Positions 55,935 to 64,000 of a stretch of DNA of 64,000 bases are shown in pieces (within the stretch, counting starts at the first letter, position 1; the number at the start of each line of letters is the position of its first letter). Source of the stretch: Burkholderiales bacterium (GTDB lineage Bacteria; Pseudomonadota; Gammaproteobacteria; Burkholderiales; JAEUOS01); contig JANLTH010000024.1 of NCBI GenBank assembly GCA_031362865.1, positions 10,985 to 74,984 of the forward strand, in the 5' to 3' direction. The notes under the pieces are model-generated. The model searched no databases. It was not told where the DNA came from and saw only the letters and a program-made list of their open reading frames with translations. A program made the position numbers and the translations under genes.

Positions 55935-56861
55935 TCAATCCCGCAAATCGCGCCCGGTGAGCTTGATAAACACATCCTCCAAATTCGCAGGCCGCCGCAA
56001 GAAGCGCAACTGTGGCTGTTCTTCAAGGGTTGCCAGCAGCGGATGCGCGTCGTTGGTGTAGCAAAACACGGTCTCGCCGCTCAGCTCAACGCGCGCCGCC
56101 AACGGTTTAGCGGCCTCACTCCACGCCACCACGCCGTCGCCATAGACCTCCAACACTTCACGCTCGATATGCGTTTCGATCAACTCGCGCGGCGCGCCTT
56201 CGGCGATCTTTTTGCCATGGTCGATCACCGCCAAGCGCGTACACAGGCGCTCCGCTTCTTCCATGAAATGGGTGGTGAGCAACAAGGTTTTTCCGCGCTT
56301 GAGCAGCTCGCGCAAGCGCTCCCAAATCAGGTGGCGCGCCTGCGGGTCCAGCCCGGTGGTGGGTTCGTCGAGAAACAAAATGTCCGGGTCATTGATGAGC
56401 GCGCGCGCCAAAGTCAGGCGGCGCTTCATGCCGCCGGAAAGCGTTTGAATCCGCGCCTCGCGCTTCGACTCAAGGCTCGAAAACTCCAGCAAGCCCGGGA
56501 TCCGCGCGCGGGCATCTGCATCCGTCATGCCGAAGTAGCGCGCGTAGATCAGCAAGTTTTCAAACACCGTAAAGTCAGGGTCAAGATTGTCTTGCTGCGG
56601 GCACACACCTACTCGTAGCCGCGCCTCACGCGCCCGCGCGGGTACGGGTTCGCCGACCAGCGAAATCGTTCCCTCATCAGGCGCGATTAGCCCAAGACAA
56701 GCACGCAAAGTGGTGGTTTTGCCCGCGCCGTTGGGCCCAAGCAAGCCGAAACATTCACCACGCGCGATGGCGAAATCAAGGCCGGCCACCACCGTTTCAC
56801 CCGCGTAGCGCTTGACGAGGTGTTTGACTTCGAGGACGGGAGCAACACTATTTTTCACCAA
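55935..56861 (-). CDS. ABC transporter ATP-binding protein (NodI/DrrA-like)
   Basis: Walker [10 protein letters not shown], signature LSGGMKRRL, Walker [13 protein letters not shown]. Confidence 0.9.
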   Translation of the reverse strand: MVKNSVAPVLEVKHLVKRYAGETVVAGLDFAIARGECFGLLGPNGAGKTTTLRACLGLIAPDEGTISLVGEPVPARAREARLRVGVCPQQDNLDPDFTVFENLLIYARYFGMTDADARARIPGLLEFSSLESKREARIQTLSGGMKRRLTLARALINDPDILFLDEPTTGLDPQARHLIWERLRELLKRGKTLLLTTHFMEEAERLCTRLAVIDHGKKIAEGAPRELIETHIEREVLEVYGDGVVAWSEAAKPLAARVELSGETVFCYTNDAHPLLATLEEQPQLRFLRRPANLEDVFIKLTGRDLRD

Positions 56862-56989
56862 CCGGATGCCTCAAGAGCCTTATCCAGCGCGCCTCTCAGA
56901 GCATTGTTGGAGCGGCTAATTTCAGCGAACCCCTCGCGCAAGGCCACGGGAACCCGCTCTGCAAACGCTTGAGCATCAAACGCAAACAT
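56855..56989 (-). CDS. Possible 44-aa leader ORF upstream of the ABC exporter (hypothetical)
   Basis: ATG 56989 is preceded by GAGGAG at about -9. The stop overlaps the ATPase start. No family recognised. Confidence 0.25.
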   Translation of the reverse strand: MFAFDAQAFAERVPVALREGFAEISRSNNALRGALDKALEASGW

Positions 56990-57108
56990 CGGCAATTGCT
57001 CCTCAATTGGTAGAAGCGGTCGAGGACGACTAAATTTTCCCCGGAAACAGATCGTTTTTGTCACGACCCAGAAATCCGAGCATCAAGCCACAACAATCGC
57101 CCCGCGCA

Positions 57109-57327
57109 CTACCGCAACAACCGATGCGTCGCGGTCTTCGCCGCCTTCTTATCCAGCGTTAGCACGGGCGCGTACCGTGCAGCCAGCTCGCAGAGCACGA
57201 TGTGATCGACATAGGCCGGTGTTTTCGCAGATGTATTGGCCCGTAGCCATGCCTCCGCTTTGACGGCTTGCCCTGGCTCGTCGTTGGTGAGCAGGCGCAC
57301 CAGCAGGTTGGTGTCGAATGCGAACAT
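57109..57327 (-). pseudogene. Internally deleted PIN-domain (VapC-like) remnant, 72 aa
   Basis: MFAFDTNLLVRLLTNDE...VLCELAARYA aligns to the N-terminal half of VapC at 6701..7090. It then jumps to a C-terminal-like LTLDKKAAKTA. The central ~55-60 aa, including the DFADALH acidic block, is missing. Confidence 0.6.
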
Positions 57328-57330
57328 CCC

Positions 57331-57592
57331 TCACGCCCTGCGGGCGATGCGGTGTTTGGCGGCGAGATGCCCGGATGCCGGCATCCATCTCTTCAACGCT
57401 CAAGGCGCGCGCCGGGCGACGCAAAAGGCCGCGCAGCGCGCCGGACGGGGCGATGGTTGGACGCTTGAGCACAATCGTGTCGTCGTCTTGAACGGTAACA
57501 ACGAGCTGATCGCCAGCGCCGAGGCGTAGCCGAGCCCGCACAGCGGCTGGGAGGGTCATCTGACCTTTGGAAATCAGTGTGGTTTGTATGAT
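57331..57592 (-). pseudogene. AbrB-type VapB-like remnant with probable frameshift and no canonical start
   Basis: IQTTLISKGQMTLPAAVRARL...ALSVEEMDAGIR parallels VapB at 6411..6683. After GIR, only the +1 frame gives a VapB-like tail (HLAAKHRIARRA) with TGA at 57333..57331, 3 nt before the PIN ATG. AAGGAAAA is followed by ATC ATA where an ATG is expected. Confidence 0.5.
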
Positions 57593-57944
57593 TTTCCTTA
57601 CGTTTTTGTAAGGATAGCATGATGGTTGATCGTACCCACGCACACCTTTGTTCAGAGTGCGCCACAGTCACTCCCGTGCTCTGGCAGGCTCTGGCGCGGG
57701 AGGCTACGGCGCAGCGGGCACCAAAAGACATGCGCTGCGCCATTCTGCGATTGCAAATTGGCGTCGCCCCGCGTATTCTGGCTCCTCCTGGAATCGTCGA
57801 ACAGTTCGCCTTTCTCGTATTGCCTGCCTGAAGATGCCCGTCCATGGCAGACCTTCAGGTAGTGCCTGTGAAAAAAATTATCCAGCGCGGGCCTACAGCG
57901 CAGCGCCGCATGCGGCCATTTAAGTCTTACACCAAAGGAAGCGC

Positions 57945-58796
57945 ATGAAAACCCACGCCGAGAAATGCCAACACTTCCGTGCCCTGCACGCGCGCCCAGA
58001 TGCCTTCATTATTCCCAACCCTTGGGATGTGGGCACGACGCGGTTGCTGGCGCAATTAGGCTTTGAAGCACTGGCCACGACCAGCGCGGGTTATGCCTTT
58101 TCGGTCGGGCAGCAAGACGGCGCTGTCGGGCGCGAAAAAATGCTGGCGCATGTGCGCCAGATCGTGGCAGCGACCGATTTGCCGGTCAGCGCTGATCTGG
58201 AAAACGGCTTTGGCGACTCGCCTGCGGAAGTGGCGCAAACGATCCACTTGGCGGCAGCCACCGGCCTTGCGGGAGGTTCGATTGAAGATGCCAATACTCT
58301 GGCTGCAACACCGGTCTATGACCTCGGGTTGGCGGTGGAACGCATCCAGGCCGCAGTCGAGACAGTGCGCGCGCTGCCTAGCGATTTTGTGCTCACCGCG
58401 CGGGCGGAGAACTATGTGTTTGGGCGCAATGATCTGAAGGATACGATCACGCGCCTGCAAGCCTATCAAGATGCCGGTGCCGATGTGCTTTACGCACCCG
58501 GCTTGAGGCGGCTCGAAGACATTGCCACCCTGGTGCGCTCGGTAGACCGCCCAGTGAATGTGGTGATGGGCTTGCAGGGCAGCCCCTTGAGCTTGAGCGC
58601 TCTGTCGCAAGCCGGGGTCAAACGTGTGAGTGTGGGCAGCGCCTTGTCACGTGCCGCGCTAGGCGCATTTTTGCGCGCAGCCCGCGAAATGCAAGAGCAC
58701 GGCACCTTTGGTTTTGCGGAAGAGGCAGTTGGATATCAGGCGATCAACGAAATGTTTGCCGATGCGCCGACCACAACCGGCCTACTTACCCGCTAG
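57945..58796 (+). CDS. Isocitrate lyase / PEP mutase superfamily protein (methylisocitrate lyase- or phosphorylmutase-like)
   Basis: FRALHARPDAFIIPNPWDVGTTRLLAQLGFEALATTSAGYA ... DLENGFG ... GGSIED. Confidence 0.85.
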   Translation: MKTHAEKCQHFRALHARPDAFIIPNPWDVGTTRLLAQLGFEALATTSAGYAFSVGQQDGAVGREKMLAHVRQIVAATDLPVSADLENGFGDSPAEVAQTIHLAAATGLAGGSIEDANTLAATPVYDLGLAVERIQAAVETVRALPSDFVLTARAENYVFGRNDLKDTITRLQAYQDAGADVLYAPGLRRLEDIATLVRSVDRPVNVVMGLQGSPLSLSALSQAGVKRVSVGSALSRAALGAFLRAAREMQEHGTFGFAEEAVGYQAINEMFADAPTTTGLLTR

Positions 58797-59330
58797 CAAT
58801 GCAGCTTGCGCAGCGCGCAGATAGGTGCGTGAGGCGTTGCTGCGCAGGGCGCTTTCGGCGGCAAAATCTTTGCTGGCTGGGGGAACCGGTGCTTTTTCAA
58901 GGCCGCTTAACCACTTGAACATTTTTTCGTCGCGGAAATACTGCCGCTCCTCCACGCGGGTGGCTTGCTTGCCTTTGTCGTTAAAGCCTTTGACGGCGAC
59001 ATAGGCAAATACGAGCGCGCCGCTTTGGTAGTAATACTCGCTCACCACGTCGCCGCTGTCGTCCAAATCGGTCACTTCGATTTTGCGGATCGCGCCGCCG
59101 CTCTCGGCCCACGCTTTGACCGCGCTCTGGTAGCTCACGTCGGCCCGCTTGGCTTTGGTGGTCACACGCTTCATCTCGGGTAGGCGCTTGTTGACATCGG
59201 CAAATACTTGCCGTGCCAGCGCGGTATCGTCTTGGGCGAGCGCAGGTGCGCTGGGCAGACCGAAGCCCACTGCGGCAATGGCCGCCAGAACCAGGGCGCG
59301 GCGCGGTGGGTGAGCTAGGGTTGAGGGCAT
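58782..59330 (-). CDS. Hypothetical secreted protein
   Basis: Signal-like RRALVLAAIAAVGFGLPSAPALAQ. No recognised domain. Confidence 0.45.
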   Translation of the reverse strand: MPSTLAHPPRRALVLAAIAAVGFGLPSAPALAQDDTALARQVFADVNKRLPEMKRVTTKAKRADVSYQSAVKAWAESGGAIRKIEVTDLDDSGDVVSEYYYQSGALVFAYVAVKGFNDKGKQATRVEERQYFRDEKMFKWLSGLEKAPVPPASKDFAAESALRSNASRTYLRAAQAALLAGK

Positions 59331-59386
59331 GCGATTTCTCCGGGTGGGTTGGTAGCGATTATTTGGATAGGCGGATGGAGTTTAGG

Positions 59387-59553
59387 CTAGGGGCCTGTCG
59401 GACTTAAGGAGTCGAGCCAAAGTTGTCGAAAATTGCGTAGCGTTTGGTGATGCTTTCTAGCCAATAGTTGTTCTATTGGCGACGGAAGTAGCGCCTAACG
59501 CTACCAATTTTTCGGCGATTTGGGCCGATTCGCTTAAGTCCGACAGGCTCCTG
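59387..59553 (+). repeat. MITE-like palindromic element, copy 2
   Basis: Same orientation and length as 3035..3202. I count roughly nine or ten substitutions by eye. Termini: CTAGGGGCCTGTCGGACTTAAG ... CTTAAGTCCGACAGGCTCCTGG. Confidence 0.8.
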
Positions 59554-59568
59554 GGGAGGTGTTGCGGC

Positions 59569-60579
59569 CTACTTGCGCACTTTGGCCAATTCGGCCATCA
59601 AATCCTTGACGGTGGTCTCACCCACGGCGGCGGAATGCTTGTCGATCACCGGCTTCATCTTGGCTTGGAACTTCGCCACTTCAGCGGCGGCGAATTCGGT
59701 GACCTGCATGCCATTTTTCTTCAAGCCGTCAATCGCCTCAGCGGTTTGCTTGCGTGAGGCAACGCGCTGCGCAAGCGCGGCTTCCTGAGCCGCTTCGCCA
59801 ACGATTTTTTTCTCGTCAGCTGAAAGAGCATCCCAGAACTTCTTGCTCACCATCACCGACTGCGGGTTGTACACGTGGTTGGTAATCGCCAGATGTTTTT
59901 GCACCTCGAAAAACTTGTTGGCGGCGATCACGGTGAGCGGGTTTTCCTGCCCGTCAATCGCTTTTTGTTCGAGCGCGGCGTACACCTCGGGGAAGGGCAG
60001 CGGAGTGGGGTTGGCGTCGAGCGCTTTCACCCAGTCCAGATTGATCGGGTTGGGGATCACGCGAATCTTCAAACCAGCAATGTCTTCCACCTTGGTGAGG
60101 GGCCGCTTGCTATTGGTCATGTTGCGAAAGCCCAACTCAAAGTAAGCCAAGCCGACGATGCCTTTTTCTTCCAGCTTGGCATGCATTTTTTTGCCGAACG
60201 GGCCATCAACCACGGAATCGGCTTCTTGCGTGCTGCCAAACAAGAAGGGGAAGTCGTAAATCGCAAAATCTTTGACCTGCGCGGCCAGAATGCCCGAGTT
60301 CATCACGGTCATTTCAATCGTGCCACCTTGCAGCCCTGCAACGTGAAACTGGTCGTTGCCCAATTGTGCGCCAGGGAAAACGTTGACTTTGAGCGCGCCC
60401 TTGCTCTTGGCTTCAACGATCTCGGCAAACTTTTCCATGCCGGTCACAATCGGGTGGCCTTTGGGGTTTTGCGTACCGAACTTGATGGTTTTGGTGGCTT
60501 GGGCAAGGGCCAGGCCGGAGCCGCCCAAGGCCGCGAGGGCGACCGCCGCGACGAGGGTTTTCAACAGGGTGCGTTTCAT
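59569..60579 (-). CDS. dctP: TRAP transporter substrate-binding protein DctP
   Basis: Signal peptide MKRTLLKTLVAAVALAALGGSGLALA, then a DctP-family pattern. ATG 60579 chosen. Confidence 0.9.
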   Translation of the reverse strand: MKRTLLKTLVAAVALAALGGSGLALAQATKTIKFGTQNPKGHPIVTGMEKFAEIVEAKSKGALKVNVFPGAQLGNDQFHVAGLQGGTIEMTVMNSGILAAQVKDFAIYDFPFLFGSTQEADSVVDGPFGKKMHAKLEEKGIVGLAYFELGFRNMTNSKRPLTKVEDIAGLKIRVIPNPINLDWVKALDANPTPLPFPEVYAALEQKAIDGQENPLTVIAANKFFEVQKHLAITNHVYNPQSVMVSKKFWDALSADEKKIVGEAAQEAALAQRVASRKQTAEAIDGLKKNGMQVTEFAAAEVAKFQAKMKPVIDKHSAAVGETTVKDLMAELAKVRK

Positions 60580-60669
60580 GGTGAAGTCTCCAAACTTGAA
60601 GTAGTGAGTACGCGAAAGAAATCTCTGTGACGGATGGCGTACCTTGGGCACCCGCCGCATGGAAAGCAA

Positions 60670-61947
60670 TCAGTAAAACCAGCGCGCTGGCACCATCACC
60701 AGTTGCGGGAACAGCACCATCAAAAACATCACCGCAAACTGCGCGCACATGAAGGGCAGCACGCCACGCGTGACCTCGTCCATGCCGATCTTGCCGACCC
60801 CGGCTACTGTATTGAGCACGGTGCCCACTGGCGGCGTAATCAGGCCAATCGCGTTGTTGATGATAAAGAGCACGCCGAAATACACCGGGTCGATCCCGGC
60901 CGCCTTGACCAGTGGCATCAGCACCGGGGTGAGCAGCAGAATCGTTGGGGTCATGTCCAAGGCGGTGCCCACCACCATCACAATCACCATAATGGCCATC
61001 AGCAAAAGCTTGGGGTGCTCCAGTAGCGGGGCCAGCAATTTGACCAACTGAGCGGGCAATTGCGCCACGGTGATGAGCCAGGCCGAGACCATCGCGGCGG
61101 CCACCAAAAACATCACCACCGCGCTGGTTTTGGCGGCGGAAACGAACAGCGGATAGAGCTGCTTGAAGGTGAGCTCGCGGTAGATGAATACGGAAACGAA
61201 GATCGCGTAGACCGCTGCCACCACCGCCGCTTCGGTTGGCGTGAATACGCCGAACTTCAAGCCGACCACGACAATTGCGGGCAGCACCAAAGCCCAGGTG
61301 GAGCCGAGCAGCGCGTCGAGTACTTCGGCGCGGGTTTTGCGCGGCGGCGGGGTGATGATTTCTTTTTTCGCCAGAACCCACCAGGTGACCCACAACGCCG
61401 CACCCAGCATCAAGCCGGGCACGATCCCGGCCAGAAAGAGCTTGGAGATCGACACGTTGGCAGTCACCCCAAAAATCACGAACGCGATGGAGGGCGGAAT
61501 CACCGGCGCAATAATGCTGGCTGACGCGATCAAACCAGCCGAGCGGCCGCGATCATGCCCGGCGGCCACCATCATCGGTAAGAGTAGTGCCGTTAGCGCC
61601 GCCGCATCCGCCACGGCCGAGCCTGAGAGTGCCGCCATGATGCACGCAGCCATGATGGTCACGTAGCCCAAGCCGCCTTTGATATGCCCCACGCAGGCCA
61701 GCGCCAGATTGACGATGCGGCGCGACAAGCCGCCAGCGTTCATTACTTCGCCCGCCAGCATGAAAAAAGGTACCGCCAACAACGGAAAGCTGTCGGCCCC
61801 GGCCATCACGTTTTGCGCGAGGATTTGCGCATCGAACATGTTTAAGTGCCACATCATCGCCGTGCCGCACAGCAGCAGCGCGAAGGCGATCGGCAGGCCC
61901 ATCCCCATCCCAGCTAACAGGGATCCCAAGAAAACGGCAATCGTCAT
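60670..61947 (-). CDS. dctM: TRAP transporter large permease DctM
   Basis: MTIAVFLGSLLAGMGMGLPIAFALL... polytopic DctM pattern. ATG 61947 forms an ATGA overlap with the dctQ stop. Confidence 0.9.
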   Translation of the reverse strand: MTIAVFLGSLLAGMGMGLPIAFALLLCGTAMMWHLNMFDAQILAQNVMAGADSFPLLAVPFFMLAGEVMNAGGLSRRIVNLALACVGHIKGGLGYVTIMAACIMAALSGSAVADAAALTALLLPMMVAAGHDRGRSAGLIASASIIAPVIPPSIAFVIFGVTANVSISKLFLAGIVPGLMLGAALWVTWWVLAKKEIITPPPRKTRAEVLDALLGSTWALVLPAIVVVGLKFGVFTPTEAAVVAAVYAIFVSVFIYRELTFKQLYPLFVSAAKTSAVVMFLVAAAMVSAWLITVAQLPAQLVKLLAPLLEHPKLLLMAIMVIVMVVGTALDMTPTILLLTPVLMPLVKAAGIDPVYFGVLFIINNAIGLITPPVGTVLNTVAGVGKIGMDEVTRGVLPFMCAQFAVMFLMVLFPQLVMVPARWFY

Positions 61948-62498
61948 TTTTTGTCTCCCGTGCCATTGCTGGCGTGCGCCGTTTCTTCCGACTCCTGAAT
62001 CATCACCAAATCGGCATCGGCTACCTGCCCGGTGACGAGCTTGACGAAGTCGCGCAGGATGATGATGCCGGCCAGTACGGCGAACACGATACCGACGGAG
62101 AAAAACCACGCCATCGAGACTTCCATCGCCGCCGAGGTGGCGCTCCAGCCGATTTTGGTTTGCTCCCACGCCCCTTTGCAGATCAGCACGCAGATGAAGA
62201 GCATCAGCAGATAGCCGACTCCCAAGCACAATTTGCGGCCCCAAGCGGGCAGGCGTGCCACCAGAAAGTCAGTGCCCAAGTGACCGCGCTCGTTTAAGGC
62301 AACCACCGCGCCCATGAACGTCATCCACACGAAAAGCCAGCGCGAAGCCTCTTCAGAGACCGTAATCCCCGAGTTGAAGCCGTAGCGCAGCACCACATTG
62401 CCAAACACCATCACCACCATGGAGGCCAGGCTGAAGACCAAAAAGGTTTCAAGCACTTTGCACAGTTGGTTGATGAGGCGGTCGATACGCTGTTGCAT
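61944..62498 (-). CDS. dctQ: TRAP transporter small permease DctQ
   Basis: NVVLRYGFNSGITVSEEASRWLFVWMTFMGAVVALNERGHLGTDFL is the DctQ core. Confidence 0.85.
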   Translation of the reverse strand: MQQRIDRLINQLCKVLETFLVFSLASMVVMVFGNVVLRYGFNSGITVSEEASRWLFVWMTFMGAVVALNERGHLGTDFLVARLPAWGRKLCLGVGYLLMLFICVLICKGAWEQTKIGWSATSAAMEVSMAWFFSVGIVFAVLAGIIILRDFVKLVTGQVADADLVMIQESEETAHASNGTGDKK

Positions 62499-62589
62499 GG
62501 TTGACCCGATGATGGTGGTTGCGTGGTGCGGGTTGGCGGGATCGCTTAAAGATGCTGCGAATTCGCTTTGCAGAGCACCCCGAAATTAT

Positions 62590-62607
62590 GTACGAACTAG
62601 TACGTAC
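62590..62607. promoter_or_regulatory. Candidate operator, imperfect palindrome GTACGAACTAGTACGTAC
   Basis: TACGnACTAGTnCGTA symmetry around CTAG, in the divergent promoter region between the TRAP operon and the dioxygenase-like gene. Confidence 0.3.
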
Positions 62608-62668
62608 CGTCAAGCAAGTGTTTCCGGTAAACTAATTGAAATCAACTTTTCCTTAGCCGAGCGCCTCA

Positions 62669-63538
62669 ATGCCTGCCACCGATACCCGTGAACTGGCTGC
62701 TGAATTCCCCAATCCGCTGGGCTTGGACGGGATCGAATTTGTCGAATACAGCACTGCCAAACCGCAGGCCTTGGGCCACGTGTTGGAGTTAATGGGCTTT
62801 AGGCCAGTGGCGCGGCATCGCTCCCGCGAAGTGTTGCTGTACCGGCAGGGTGGTATCAACGTCATCATCAACGGGCATGAAGTGCCGCCGGCGCAAGAGT
62901 CGCCGCAACTAGTGGCAGTGGCGTTTCGCGTGCGTGATGCGGCGGCCGCCTACCGCGCGGTGCAGGAACGCGGGGCCTGGCCTGTGCCCACGCGGGTGGA
63001 GGTGATGGAGCTCAATATTCCGGCGATCCATGGCGTGGGGTCGTCGCGCATTTATTTTGTGGACCGCTACCGCGATTTCTCAATTTACGACGTAGATTTT
63101 GTACCCCTGCCGGGCGTACCGCGGAGCGCTGCCCTACCGCCCGAGCTGGCTGGCGTGCATCTGTTTGGTGTGGTGCAGTACATCGGCGCCGGGCGGATGG
63201 CGGATTGGTGCGCCTTTTATGGCGAACTCTTCGGCTTCACCGTGTTGCCCAAGCAAGAACGTTTCGGCATTCTTCCCAAAGGCGAGGTGCTGCAAAGCCC
63301 GTGTAATCAGTTTTACTGGCAACTGGTCGATAGTGTTTCGCCTGATTCGAGCAGCGACGAGCACCTGCAACGCCTCGGGCTGGGCGTGGCCGACGTGCTG
63401 GCTGCCAGCAACACTCTGCGCGCACGCGGTGTGGAGTTCATGGAATCGTCGCACGTGCATACCGAAGCGCGCGGCGCGCTGACTAAAAGCTACCTTGGCG
63501 GCGTGATGTTTGAGCTGGTTCACGACGAGCGGGTTTGA
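62669..63538 (+). CDS. 4-hydroxyphenylpyruvate dioxygenase-like VOC-fold protein (as in the C-terminal domain of QuiC/QsuB-type dehydroshikimate dehydratases)
   Basis: NPLGLDGIEFVEYSTAKPQALGHVLELMGFRPVARHRSREVLLYRQGGINVIIN and the second VOC repeat ...LQRLGLGVADVLAASNTLRARGVEF. Confidence 0.7.
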   Translation: MPATDTRELAAEFPNPLGLDGIEFVEYSTAKPQALGHVLELMGFRPVARHRSREVLLYRQGGINVIINGHEVPPAQESPQLVAVAFRVRDAAAAYRAVQERGAWPVPTRVEVMELNIPAIHGVGSSRIYFVDRYRDFSIYDVDFVPLPGVPRSAALPPELAGVHLFGVVQYIGAGRMADWCAFYGELFGFTVLPKQERFGILPKGEVLQSPCNQFYWQLVDSVSPDSSSDEHLQRLGLGVADVLAASNTLRARGVEFMESSHVHTEARGALTKSYLGGVMFELVHDERV

Positions 63539-63540
63539 GG

Positions 63541-64000
63541 ATGGCATCTCTGACACGTCAGGCATCCATGGCAACCCCGGCAACCCCGGCAACCCCGGCA
63601 CCGATGGGCAATACGTTCGATTTCGGGATGGACACGATTTCGCTTTCCGGCTCGCTCGAAGCCAAATTGGCTGCCATCAAAGCGGCAGGGTTCACGCAAG
63701 TCATGCTGTTGGCGCGCGACTTGACGGGCCACCCGGACGGTGCAGAAGCCGCCGCCCGCGCGGTGCGGACCAGCGGCCTGCGCGTCACCGGCTTCCAGGT
63801 TTTGCGCGACTTTGAAGGCTTATCCGGCCATTTGCATCAATACAAGCTCGACATCGCTCGGCAAATGCTCGAATTGGCGGCATCGGTTGGGGCCAAAACC
63901 ATGCTGGTGTGCTCCTCAACCTCCGTCCATGCCAGTCAAGACTCCGACGTGCTGGCGCGCGACCTGCGCAAATTGGCGATGCTGGCGATTCCATTCGGGA
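63541..64000 (+). CDS. Sugar phosphate isomerase/epimerase (xylose-isomerase-like TIM barrel), partial, dehydroshikimate-dehydratase-like
   Basis: Absent from the ORF track (no stop in the window). My translation reads MASLTRQASMATPATPATPAPMGNTFDFGMDTISLSGSLEAKLAAIKAAGFTQVMLLARDL...GAKTMLVCSS. It starts 2 nt after the preceding stop. Confidence 0.7.
   Translation, partial: MASLTRQASMATPATPATPAPMGNTFDFGMDTISLSGSLEAKLAAIKAAGFTQVMLLARDLTGHPDGAEAAARAVRTSGLRVTGFQVLRDFEGLSGHLHQYKLDIARQMLELAASVGAKTMLVCSSTSVHASQDSDVLARDLRKLAMLAIPFG

Noticed and set aside
57149-57643. 164-aa minus-strand ORF taken at face value as a gene
   Set aside because: Only its N-terminal third resembles an AbrB-type antitoxin. 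The remainder reads through the PIN remnant in a different frame. It is better explained as a frameshifted vapB remnant.
59875-61393. ORFs 59875..60630 (+) and 60413..61393 (-) overlapping the second TRAP operon
   Set aside because: They are in the wrong frame or strand relative to the clear DctP and DctM genes. Their composition is Arg/Gly/His-rich.

Overview
GC-rich chromosomal window whose gene content and order look betaproteobacterial (Burkholderiales/Comamonadaceae-like; this is inference, no search was run). It is mostly housekeeping and catabolic genes.

Core content, in order:
- A LacI-controlled TRAP transporter plus a dehydrogenase/PfkB kinase/class I aldolase cluster, with two identical 20-bp operators.
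- ubiB, a fused membrane/spermidine-synthase-like protein, an OmpR-type two-component pair, erpA, DUF192, an amidohydrolase and a COG0523 GTPase.
- A beta-oxidation block: TetR, acyl-CoA dehydrogenase, fadB-like, thiolase, thioesterase, hydrolases.
- pilMNOPQ divergent from PBP1A.
- cutA with a DsbD-like gene, fxsA, and an ABC-2 exporter.
- A PEP-mutase family gene.
- A second TRAP system next to a split dehydroshikimate-dehydratase-like pair.

Accessory or unusual content:
1. A two-partner secretion locus: tpsB, a 3126-aa Gly/Ala/Thr/Ser/Asn-rich tpsA, and a signal-peptide-bearing stand-alone FecR-domain gene. There is no toxin tip, immunity gene or ECF sigma.
2. Two about 95 percent identical copies of a ~168-bp whole-length-palindromic MITE-like element, 56 kb apart.
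3. A lower-GC islet with vapBC followed directly by a second antitoxin-type HTH gene, a Cys-rich ORF without a usable start, an iteron-like repeat ladder and DUF29.
4. A lower-GC solo KAP P-loop NTPase beside a decayed tandem paralog of an SGNH hydrolase.
5. A decaying second vapBC copy.
6. A DsbD lacking its membrane domain.
7. A perfect 29-bp palindrome bridging two genes.

No rRNA, tRNA, CRISPR array, integrase or transposase was recognised. All family calls come from motif recognition by eye and need database confirmation.
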